Shown here piece after piece: positions 9,357-17,784 of a DNA stretch of 41,515 nt. This DNA comes from an uncultured Erysipelotrichaceae bacterium. GTDB taxonomy: Bacteria; Bacillota_I; Bacilli_A; Erysipelotrichales; Erysipelotrichaceae. The notes beneath the pieces were generated by a model. The model saw nothing but the letters and a program-made list of their open reading frames with translations, was not told where the DNA came from and ran no database searches. Numbering within the stretch: position 1 is the stretch's first letter; each line of letters begins with the position of its first letter. Where the stretch lies: positions 1 through 41,515 of the forward strand of contig CADBUH010000106.1 of NCBI GenBank assembly GCA_902797775.1, written 5' to 3'. Made by a program: the position numbers and the translations under genes.

Positions 9357-9697
9357 ATGTCAAAGATAAGGGGAGATTGTTCCAAATCATAAAGCATTGT
9401 TTAAAAATAGAAAAGAAAATGAGTGATGTCACCTTAGAGGATTTTGAAGACGATGAGGATTTAAGGGAAATTATTTGTTTCAATATATTTCAAATCGGTG
9501 AATTAGCGAAAGGTTTAACAATTGAATTAACAAAAAAATACAATGAAGTCCCATGGAAAGAAATAAAAGGGATGAGAGATGTGATTGGCCATGGTTATGG
9601 AACAATAGACGTTGAGATTGTGTATAATACCACAAAAGATAATATTTCGGTTTTAAGTAAATATTGTGAAAAGATACTAGAGGATAATGGTATTTGA
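9350..9697 (+). CDS. HepT-like HEPN ribonuclease toxin (DUF86)
   Basis: FQIGE, VPWKEIKGMRDVIGHGY (Rx4HxY); overlaps the MNT gene. Confidence 0.88.
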   Translation: MLDVKDKGRLFQIIKHCLKIEKKMSDVTLEDFEDDEDLREIICFNIFQIGELAKGLTIELTKKYNEVPWKEIKGMRDVIGHGYGTIDVEIVYNTTKDNISVLSKYCEKILEDNGI

Positions 9698-9710
9698 AAA
9701 CACTCATTTG

Positions 9711-9750
9711 GCTTTCACAATACGTAAGAATACACCTTATCATAAGTAGG
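9711..9750 (+). repeat. Direct repeat copy 2 (attR-like)
   Basis: GCTTTCACAATACGTAAGAATACACCTTATCATAAGTAGG; still encodes AFTIRKNTPYHK-stop. Confidence 0.9.
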
Positions 9751-9758
9751 ATTAAGCC

Positions 9759-9787
9759 TTGATAGTTATTATTTCATAATGTATGAT
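9759..9787 (+). promoter_or_regulatory. Putative sigma-A promoter of ptsH
   Basis: TTGATA-17 bp-TATGAT upstream of GGAGG and ATG 9819. Confidence 0.5.
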
Positions 9788-9818
9788 TAATGTAGTTAAA
9801 TTTCGGAGGTAAAAGGAT

Positions 9819-10085
9819 ATGAAGCAGATTTCCGTTACAGTCGTTGATCCAGTTGGATTACATGCGCGTCCTGCAACAGTGGCGGTTAATGCGGCAAGCA
9901 AATTTAAGAGTGAAGTCAAAGTTGCGTATAAAGGTCGCCAAGTTAATATGAAATCAATTATGGGTGTAATGTCTCTAGGTATTCCAACGCAATCTGAAAT
10001 CACAGTTTCCTGTGAAGGAGAAGATGAAGATGTTGCGATTAAAACTATAGAAGAGGTATTGCGCGCGCAAAAGGTAATAGCATAA
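9819..10085 (+). CDS. ptsH: Phosphocarrier protein HPr
   Basis: GLHARPA (His15) and KSIMGVMSLG (Ser46). Confidence 0.96.
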   Translation: MKQISVTVVDPVGLHARPATVAVNAASKFKSEVKVAYKGRQVNMKSIMGVMSLGIPTQSEITVSCEGEDEDVAIKTIEEVLRAQKVIA

Positions 10086-10099
10086 AAAAATAATATCTT

Positions 10100-10126
10100 A
10101 GCGGAAGAATAACTCTTCCGCTTTTT
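10100..10126 (+). terminator. Intrinsic terminator after ptsH
   Basis: AGCGGAAGA-loop-TCTTCCGCT followed by a T-run. Confidence 0.75.
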
Positions 10127-10147
10127 AAATCAAAGGAGAGAATAATT

Positions 10148-11845
10148 ATGAGTGCAAAAGATAATTTTTTACGTTGGCAGAATAGTGATAATTTAGATCC
10201 TTCTCTAAGAGAAGAAATGTCTCACATGAGTGAGCAAGAAATCAATGATGCATTCTATACCAATATTGAATTTGGTACAGCAGGTATGCGTGGTGTCATG
10301 GGTGCTGGTACAAATCGTATTAATATTCATACCATTCGTAAAGCGACAGCTGGATTTGCGAATTATATTTTAGAGAATGGGGAAGACGCTGTAAAACGTG
10401 GTATCGCAATTGGATATGATAACCGTCATTATTCTAAAGAGTTCGCATTTGATTCCGCAAAAGTACTCGCTTCCTATGGAATTAAAGCGTATGTGTTTGA
10501 AAGTTTAAGACCAACTCCAGAACTATCTTTTGCGACAAGATATAAGAATTGTTTTGGTGGAATTATGATTACTGCTTCTCATAATCCAAGAGAATATAAT
10601 GGTTATAAACTCTATGATGAAAAAGGATGTCAACTTGTTCCAGCATTAGCAGATGCAGTTATTGCGAAAGTAAATGCGATTGAAGATGAATTAAGTGTGA
10701 AAGCAGATTTAACACCTGAACAAGAAACACTCATTGAAGTCATTGGGGAAGAAGTTGATCAAGAATACTATAAGAAAGTTAAATCCATTCAATTAAATCC
10801 AGATGTAAATAAAGATTTAATTAAGATTGTATTCTCTCCAGAACATGGAACCGCTAATATTCCTGTTCGTGAAATATTAAAGGATTGTGGATATCATGTA
10901 ATTCCAGTACTTGAACAATGTGATCCAAATCCTGATTTCGCAAACACAAAGACACCAAACCCTGAACAAGAAGGTGCTTATGAACTCGCTCTTGAATACG
11001 CAAAAAGAGAAGAAGCAGATATTATCTTAGTATGTGATCCAGATGCAGATCGTATGGGTGTTGGGGTTAAACAAGGGGATGAATATCTTCTATTAACAGG
11101 AAACCAAAGTGGTGCAGTTCTTATTGAATATATTCTTTCACAATTAACTGAAAAGAAGAAAATGCCAGAAAATCCAGTGATGTTTAATACGGTTGTAACT
11201 TCTGATTTAGGTGAAAAGATTGCATCAAAATATGGGGTTGTAACAGAGAAGACATTAACAGGATTTAAATTCATTGGTGAAAAAGTAGCGAAATATGAAG
11301 TGAATCACTTAAGAAATTATGTTTTTGGATATGAAGAATCCTATGGATCTTTAATTAGTCCATTCGTACGTGATAAAGATGCTCCACAAGCTTGTCTCAT
11401 GTTAGCGGAAGCTGCAAGTTATTATAAAGAGCGTGGAAAGACACTCTATGATGTATTAGAAGATTGCTATAAAGAACATGGCTTCTATACAGAGACACAA
11501 ACTTCAATCACTCTAAAAGGACAAGCTGGTGCTGAAAAGATTAAAGAGATTATGGGTAATCTTAGAAGTTCACGCTTAACCTCCATCTGTGATAAGAAAG
11601 TAACTTCTTGGCAAGACTTTGATACCTTTGAAGAAGGTAATGGAACAGATATTAAACCATTAGAAGGATTCACAAAATCTAATGTCTTAAAGTATTTCTT
11701 AGAAGATGGTTCTTGGATTGCAGTTCGTCCAAGTGGTACGGAACCAAAGGTAAAAGTATATTACTGTGTAACCGGCTCTAGCCATGAAGAAGCGGATCAA
11801 AAAGCGAAAGAATATGAAACCTTTATGAAAGGCTTAATGGCGTAA
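10148..11845 (+). CDS. pgm: Phosphoglucomutase/phosphomannomutase
   Basis: FGTAGMRG, TASHNP, DPDADR, GYEES and RPSGTEPK motifs. Confidence 0.92.
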   Translation: MSAKDNFLRWQNSDNLDPSLREEMSHMSEQEINDAFYTNIEFGTAGMRGVMGAGTNRINIHTIRKATAGFANYILENGEDAVKRGIAIGYDNRHYSKEFAFDSAKVLASYGIKAYVFESLRPTPELSFATRYKNCFGGIMITASHNPREYNGYKLYDEKGCQLVPALADAVIAKVNAIEDELSVKADLTPEQETLIEVIGEEVDQEYYKKVKSIQLNPDVNKDLIKIVFSPEHGTANIPVREILKDCGYHVIPVLEQCDPNPDFANTKTPNPEQEGAYELALEYAKREEADIILVCDPDADRMGVGVKQGDEYLLLTGNQSGAVLIEYILSQLTEKKKMPENPVMFNTVVTSDLGEKIASKYGVVTEKTLTGFKFIGEKVAKYEVNHLRNYVFGYEESYGSLISPFVRDKDAPQACLMLAEAASYYKERGKTLYDVLEDCYKEHGFYTETQTSITLKGQAGAEKIKEIMGNLRSSRLTSICDKKVTSWQDFDTFEEGNGTDIKPLEGFTKSNVLKYFLEDGSWIAVRPSGTEPKVKVYYCVTGSSHEEADQKAKEYETFMKGLMA

Positions 11846-11879
11846 GATATAAGTTAAAAAGATATAGGGATGAAATGAT

Positions 11880-13365
11880 GGAGCTATTAAATAAAACGTG
11901 GTTAAACGTGGTTGATAGCTCTGAACCACATAAAACTATTAAATAAAACGTGGTTGAAGATCTAACTGAAAAGTTAGATCTTTTTATATGTGACAATCAA
12001 CATAGAGCTCTTACGAAAACGCGCAAAATTGTGATATCCATAAGCGGATTTAATAATCGTTTTAAGATGGTTATTGATAGATTCAGCGATTGCGTTTGTG
12101 TATCGAAGACCATGTGTAGTGAAAGAGAAAGCACGAGCTATTTCTTCACGCCATTTACGATAAGTGCGTCCAACACTTTTCAGAATATCGTTTGGGCTAG
12201 ATAATAAACGATTTGACATATAATCGATAAAAGCCAAGGCCTTTTTATAAGTATATTTCTGATGGTAGTGAAACAGATCTTGAAGAACATTATGAGCTTC
12301 AAGTAAATCTGGTGAAGTTTTAAGACAACGATTGATAAGTTCATCAAAATGAAAAGAATAGCCTGTTTTACGAGACGTGTAATATTTATCTGGAACATTT
12401 TCCGTTCTACATAAAAATAAAGACCAATGGGCCTTCATAAAGTTATATTCTAAAGAACCATCTTCACAATTCTTCATCGCAGAAGTTCGGATTCGATTCA
12501 CAGCGTTCGTAAGCTGGGTAATAACGTGAAATAAATCGACGATATGGACAGCTTGAGAGAAGTATCGTTTTTGAATTGTACGATAACCATCGTACATATC
12601 TGAAATGAAGTATTTAACATTACTTCTTTCTTTTTCGGATATATTCGAAAAGTATTCATCTAAATATGGAAGTTGACGGTTTCTTATAATATCTACGATT
12701 TCTTTCTTATCAAAATCATAAAGAACACAACAATACTTTTGATTATATTCTTCCGCAAACTTTATCTCATCAATACACAATACCCTAGGCATTTCTCTTC
12801 TAGGAACGAATATGATTTCTTCATCAAATATTTGAAGAACTCTAGCTGTAGTTATTCCATATCGATTCGCTATTTCTGAGAAAGTAAACTTACTCGTAAA
12901 ATCGTTTACTATCATTTTTCTAGTTTGAGAAGAGATTTTTGTATAGGGTTCTATTCCGTTTATTATGGGTGTAAAAGTGGTGTCACAATCCTTACATTTA
13001 AAACGCACTTTTTTAATTCTTAAAGTATCCGTAATTTGATTCGTTTCTGAGCAATTAATTTCTACAGTGTCATAATCATTAATGATTACATTGTGTTTTC
13101 CACAATAAGGACATATTCGTATGTCTGTCCTCTGTTCGACCTCGTAGATAAAACCTGTTTCTGTCTTAATTGGTTCATTCAAAAGATTCTTAAAGCAGGT
13201 TGAGTCAATCCCCAACCTTAATAATAATGTGTTAAAATCCATATTGAGCCTCCTATAGTGTTTAACAGTCTTATTATAGGGGCTCTTTTATATTGGATTC
13301 TTACAAAAACTATTAAATAAAACGTGGTTTCATTTTTTGTCGACCACGTTTAATTTAATAGAACC
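11880..13365 (-). mobile_element. ISL3-family insertion sequence, 1486 bp, with 8-bp target duplication GAAATGAT
   Basis: Terminal IRs GGAGCTATTAAATAAAACGTGG and (revcomp) GGTTCTATTAAATTAAACGTGG. TSD at 11872-11879 and 13366-13373. Confidence 0.93.
11974..13242 (-). CDS. ISL3-family transposase
   Basis: Zn finger CPYC...CKDC; CIDE; SDMY; DLFHV; TNAIAESINNHLK..AYGYHNFARFR. Confidence 0.93.
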   Translation of the reverse strand: MDFNTLLLRLGIDSTCFKNLLNEPIKTETGFIYEVEQRTDIRICPYCGKHNVIINDYDTVEINCSETNQITDTLRIKKVRFKCKDCDTTFTPIINGIEPYTKISSQTRKMIVNDFTSKFTFSEIANRYGITTARVLQIFDEEIIFVPRREMPRVLCIDEIKFAEEYNQKYCCVLYDFDKKEIVDIIRNRQLPYLDEYFSNISEKERSNVKYFISDMYDGYRTIQKRYFSQAVHIVDLFHVITQLTNAVNRIRTSAMKNCEDGSLEYNFMKAHWSLFLCRTENVPDKYYTSRKTGYSFHFDELINRCLKTSPDLLEAHNVLQDLFHYHQKYTYKKALAFIDYMSNRLLSSPNDILKSVGRTYRKWREEIARAFSFTTHGLRYTNAIAESINNHLKTIIKSAYGYHNFARFRKSSMLIVTYKKI

Positions 13366-13501
13366 GAAATGATTCCCTATATCTTTTTTATTGTTTTTGC
13401 TATATTTTTAAATATTTATAGAAATATAGAGTATTAATACCTATGGAAAAAAGAAATAGTGTACAATTATGATAGGAAAATATGGGGTATATGGAGGATT
13501 T

Positions 13502-15352
13502 ATGTTCAAAGAATCAATTATAGAGCAATTTCATCAAGGGCATTGTATTGATGCATATAAGTTATTTGGTGCTCATTTTACCTATGAAGGATGTGAAGGT
13601 GTTCGCTTTACAGTCTATGCACCACATGCTAGAAACGTATCTGTTATTGGTAGTTTCAATGAATGGGATGAAACCCAACATATAATGGAAAGAACAGGAT
13701 TTACTGGAATTTGGAGTATTTTTATCCCAAATGTAAAACAATGGGATTCTTATAAATATCGTATTGAAGATCGTAATGGACATAAATTAGATAAAGCTGA
13801 TCCATATGCCTTTTATAGTGAAACAAGACCAGAAACAGCTTCCAAAATTTATGACTTAAATGAAATTAAATGGTCAGATAAAACTTGGATGAATAAAAGA
13901 ACCAAGAATTTTGATAAACCTGTAAGTATTTATGAAGTTTATGTGGGTGGATGGCATCGTAATGGAGAGTATCCTTATACCTATGAAATGTTAAAAGAGA
14001 ACCTTATTCCTTATATCAAGGAACACGGGTTTACCCATATTGAAATGATGCCACTAAATGAATATCCATTTGATGGTTCTTGGGGTTATCAAGCAAGTGG
14101 TTATTATGCAGTAACTTCAAGGTATGGTAATCCTGCAGAATTTGCTTCCTTTGTGAATGCCTGTCATAAAGAAGGTATTGGGGTCATTATGGATATGGTT
14201 CCAGTTCACTTTGTAAAAGATGCCTTTGGGTTAAGACAATTTGATGGGGAACCATTATATGAATATAAAAAGATTTCCGATGCGGAAAGTGAATGGGGAA
14301 CTTTAAATTTTGATTTATGGAATGAAGAAGTACGCTCTTTCTTAATTAGTGCTGCTAGTTTTTGGCTTGATATTTATCATATTGATGGAATTCGTATTGA
14401 TGCGGTATCCAATCTTATTTATTGGGGTGGAAATCGAGACCGTGGTACAAATGAAGGTTCTTTAACCTTTATTAAACGTATGAATTATTATCTTGCACAA
14501 GAATATCCAACCGTTATGTTGATTGCGGAAGATAGTAGTGATTATCCAAAAGTTACAGAAAGTACACAAAATGGTGGACTTGGGTTTGATTATAAGTGGG
14601 ATTTAGGATGGATGAATGATACCTTAAAGTATTATGCAACCGATCCAATCTATCGTATATGGGATCATAATAAGTTAACTTTCTCAATGGCTTATTTCTA
14701 TTCTGAAAGATTTATGATGCCACTTAGCCATGATGAAAATGTGCATGGTAAGAAGACGGTTATTGATCGCTTATGGGGAGATTATGATACAAAATTTGCC
14801 CAAGCAAGAAACCTCTATGCCTATATGTTTGCGCATCCTGGTAAGAAGTTAAACTTTATGGGAAATGAGATTGCATCCTTTAGAGAATTTGATGAGAAGA
14901 AAGAATTAGATTGGTTCTTATTAGATTATCCTAGACATGATGCATTCTTAAGATACTTTACAGATTTAAATAAAATCTATTTAGCACATCCTTGTCTTTA
15001 TCAAGATGATTATGACTATAAAGGATTTAAATGGATTGATGCGGATAATGCCCAACAATCAATCTTTAGTTTTTATCGAGAAGATGAAAAAGAAGTACTT
15101 GTATGTGTTATGAACCTTACAAGCGCTTCCTATGAAGACTTTGATTTATATGTTCCATATAAAGGAACTTATACAGAGATATTAAACTCAGAAAAGGATA
15201 TCTATGATGGGTGTAATATGTGTAACTTTGAACCAGTGAAATCAAAAGCTGTAAAAGAGAAAGATGCGAAGTTTGAGAATAAAATAAATATTCGTATCGC
15301 ACCTTTTGGCGCTATTTGGTTTACATGTCCAAAGAAGAAAACAAGAAAGTAA
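13502..15352 (+). CDS. glgB: 1,4-alpha-glucan branching enzyme
   Basis: GH13 motifs SWGYQ, GIRIDAV, AEDS and SHDE. ATG 13502 follows GGAGG. Confidence 0.95.
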   Translation: MFKESIIEQFHQGHCIDAYKLFGAHFTYEGCEGVRFTVYAPHARNVSVIGSFNEWDETQHIMERTGFTGIWSIFIPNVKQWDSYKYRIEDRNGHKLDKADPYAFYSETRPETASKIYDLNEIKWSDKTWMNKRTKNFDKPVSIYEVYVGGWHRNGEYPYTYEMLKENLIPYIKEHGFTHIEMMPLNEYPFDGSWGYQASGYYAVTSRYGNPAEFASFVNACHKEGIGVIMDMVPVHFVKDAFGLRQFDGEPLYEYKKISDAESEWGTLNFDLWNEEVRSFLISAASFWLDIYHIDGIRIDAVSNLIYWGGNRDRGTNEGSLTFIKRMNYYLAQEYPTVMLIAEDSSDYPKVTESTQNGGLGFDYKWDLGWMNDTLKYYATDPIYRIWDHNKLTFSMAYFYSERFMMPLSHDENVHGKKTVIDRLWGDYDTKFAQARNLYAYMFAHPGKKLNFMGNEIASFREFDEKKELDWFLLDYPRHDAFLRYFTDLNKIYLAHPCLYQDDYDYKGFKWIDADNAQQSIFSFYREDEKEVLVCVMNLTSASYEDFDLYVPYKGTYTEILNSEKDIYDGCNMCNFEPVKSKAVKEKDAKFENKINIRIAPFGAIWFTCPKKKTRK

Positions 15353-15355
15353 TAA

Positions 15356-17773
15356 ATGGAGAAAACAACAATGTTCAAAAGCAAACAAGATTTCAAAAAG
15401 GAGTATAGTTCACGCCTAGTATCTACTTATGGAACAACGGTAGATAAAACACATCGTATTGAAAAATATTTAGTATTAGGAGAGATGGTGCGTGACTATG
15501 CATCGGTAAACTGGAAAGATACAAAACGACAAACCAATAAACAAGATGCGAAACAAGTTTATTATTTTTCAATGGAATTCTTATTAGGAAAGAACCTCAA
15601 CAACAATCTTCATAAATTAGGTATTTATGACATTGTAAAGAATGGTTTAAAAGATTTAGGAATTAGTTTAGAAGAGTTAGAAAATATTGAAAGAGATGCG
15701 GCACTTGGCAATGGTGGTTTAGGTAGACTCGCTGCTTGTTTTATGGATAGTGCAGCTACATTAGATTATCCAGTGCAAGGAAACTGTATTCGTTATCAAT
15801 ATGGTTTATTCCGTCAAATGATTAATGAACAAGGGGAACAAGTAGAAGTTCCTGATATGTGGCTACGTTATGGAAATCCTTGGGAAATCCGTAAAGCAAA
15901 GCATGCGGTAGATATTAAGTTTTATGGTCGTCTAGAGATGGATATGGATGATCAAGGAAATCTAAGATTCCGTCATGTAGATGCACAACATATCTTTGCG
16001 GTTCCATATGATATGCCAATGATTGGTTGTAATACAAAGACAACGAATACATTACGTCTATGGTCTGCAGAACCAGCCGATGTTTCTCCTGAAAATATGG
16101 ACTATCGTAAGTATTTATCAGAAGTTAGTGAAATCTGTATGAATGTTTATCCAGATGATTCTACGGAAGAAGGAAAACTCCTTCGTCTTAAACAACAATA
16201 CTTCTTTGTGGCAGCAGGTATTAATGGGATTATCCGTTATCACCTCTGCAACAATCCTTCGCTTGATAATCTTCCAGAGAAGATTGCGATTCAATTAAAT
16301 GATACCCATCCTGTACTCGCAATTCCTGAATTAATGCGTGTATTAATGGATGATTATAACTATACATGGGATAAAGCACAACGTATTACGGTTGCTGTGA
16401 TGTCTTATACAAACCATACGGTTATGCGTGAAGCATTAGAAACTTGGCCAATGGATTATATTCGCAAACTTCTTCCTCGTATTGCGATGATTATCGAAGA
16501 AATTGATGCACGTTTCTGTAGTTATGTAGCAGCACGTTATCCAGATAACCAAGATATGGCTAGACAAGTACGTATCATTTCCAATGGTATGGTACAGATG
16601 GCACGCTTAGCGATTGTGGGTAGTCATAGTGTGAATGGGGTAGCACAAATTCATACAGAGATTTTAAAGAGCGATGTATTCCGTGATTTCTATAAGTTAT
16701 GGCCAAATCGTTTCTCCAATAAAACAAATGGAGTAACGCCACGTCGTTTCTTACTCTATAACAATCCAGAGTTGAAACAATTAATTGAAAAGACAATTGG
16801 AAAAGATTTAGAGAAGAATTTCAATCATATTTCTAAGTTATCTAAATATGTGGATGATAAGAAAGTACAGAAAGAATTCTTAAAGGTTAAACATAAGAGA
16901 AAAGAAATCTTGGTTGATTATATCAAAGAAGCAACCGGTGCACTTGTGAGTCCAGATTCCATCTTTGATGTACAAGCGAAACGTCTTCATGCGTATAAAA
17001 GACAATTATTAAATGTCTTACATATCATTTATCTCTATCAAAAGATTAAAGCGGATCCTACTTTTAAGATGACACCTAGAACCTTTATCTTTGCGGCGAA
17101 AGCAGCTTCTTCTTATGCATTTGCGAAGAAGGTTATTAAGTTAATTAACTGTGTATCAAAGGTTGTTAATAATGATCCAGATATGAAAGGTATGTTGAAG
17201 GTAGTATTCCTTCCAAACTATCGTGTATCTTTATCTGAAATTCTAATGCCAGCGAGTGATGTAAGTGAACAAATTAGTACGGCTGGAAAAGAAGCTTCTG
17301 GAACAGGAAACATGAAGTTCATGATGAATGGCGCAATCACATTAGGCACAATGGATGGTGCAAATGTAGAAATTGATGAACTTGTTGGAAGAGAGAATGA
17401 TGTAATCTTTGGATTAACTGTAGAAGAGATTCCAGCCTTCAAAGAAACATATCGTGCATGGGATTACTATATGAATGATCCACGTCTTCATAAAGCATTA
17501 GATTCTTTAATTGATGGAACATGGAATGGAAATGCGGATGACTTTAGATTAATCTATGATGAATTATTATCTAAGAATGATGAATATCTTGTTCTTGCAG
17601 ACTTTGATGCTTATGTAAAAGCACAAGAAGAAATTGAGAGAAGATATAACAATACAAATGAATGGGCAAAGAGTTGTCTCATCAATATTGCTAAATCTGC
17701 ATACTTCTCAAGTGATCGTACAATTGAAGATTACGCAAATGAGATTTGGGATATTAAACCTCTTAAGATTTAG
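15356..17773 (+). CDS. glgP: Glycogen/alpha-glucan phosphorylase
   Basis: LGNGGLGRLAAC, QLNDTHP and the PLP site EASGTGNMKFMMNG. Confidence 0.96.
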   Translation: MEKTTMFKSKQDFKKEYSSRLVSTYGTTVDKTHRIEKYLVLGEMVRDYASVNWKDTKRQTNKQDAKQVYYFSMEFLLGKNLNNNLHKLGIYDIVKNGLKDLGISLEELENIERDAALGNGGLGRLAACFMDSAATLDYPVQGNCIRYQYGLFRQMINEQGEQVEVPDMWLRYGNPWEIRKAKHAVDIKFYGRLEMDMDDQGNLRFRHVDAQHIFAVPYDMPMIGCNTKTTNTLRLWSAEPADVSPENMDYRKYLSEVSEICMNVYPDDSTEEGKLLRLKQQYFFVAAGINGIIRYHLCNNPSLDNLPEKIAIQLNDTHPVLAIPELMRVLMDDYNYTWDKAQRITVAVMSYTNHTVMREALETWPMDYIRKLLPRIAMIIEEIDARFCSYVAARYPDNQDMARQVRIISNGMVQMARLAIVGSHSVNGVAQIHTEILKSDVFRDFYKLWPNRFSNKTNGVTPRRFLLYNNPELKQLIEKTIGKDLEKNFNHISKLSKYVDDKKVQKEFLKVKHKRKEILVDYIKEATGALVSPDSIFDVQAKRLHAYKRQLLNVLHIIYLYQKIKADPTFKMTPRTFIFAAKAASSYAFAKKVIKLINCVSKVVNNDPDMKGMLKVVFLPNYRVSLSEILMPASDVSEQISTAGKEASGTGNMKFMMNGAITLGTMDGANVEIDELVGRENDVIFGLTVEEIPAFKETYRAWDYYMNDPRLHKALDSLIDGTWNGNADDFRLIYDELLSKNDEYLVLADFDAYVKAQEEIERRYNNTNEWAKSCLINIAKSAYFSSDRTIEDYANEIWDIKPLKI

Positions 17774-17784
17774 AAAGGAATCCT

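Larger units (their letters stand above)
8812..9750. mobile_element. Mini-island at the rlmH 3' end carrying an MNT-HEPN toxin-antitoxin pair; no integrase
   Basis: Flanked by 40-bp direct repeats of the rlmH terminus. Confidence 0.75.
11856..13388 (+). terminator. pgm terminator split by the IS (arms AAAAAGATATAGGGA 11856-11870 and TCCCTATATCTTTTT 13374-13388)
   Basis: The two arms are exact reverse complements and flank the TSDs. Confidence 0.8.

Noticed and set aside
9752-10003. 83-aa minus-strand ORF
   Set aside because: Antisense shadow of ptsH.
11884-11955. Repeated 20-mer with ~32-bp spacing resembling a mini CRISPR array
   Set aside because: Only two full adjacent copies, identical to the ISL3 terminal-repeat core, and no cas genes; explained as IS subterminal repeats.
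11950-12879. Short ORFs inside the IS (11950-12204, 12180-12398, 12673-12879)
   Set aside because: They overlap the intact transposase; no sign of frameshift-coupled or passenger genes.
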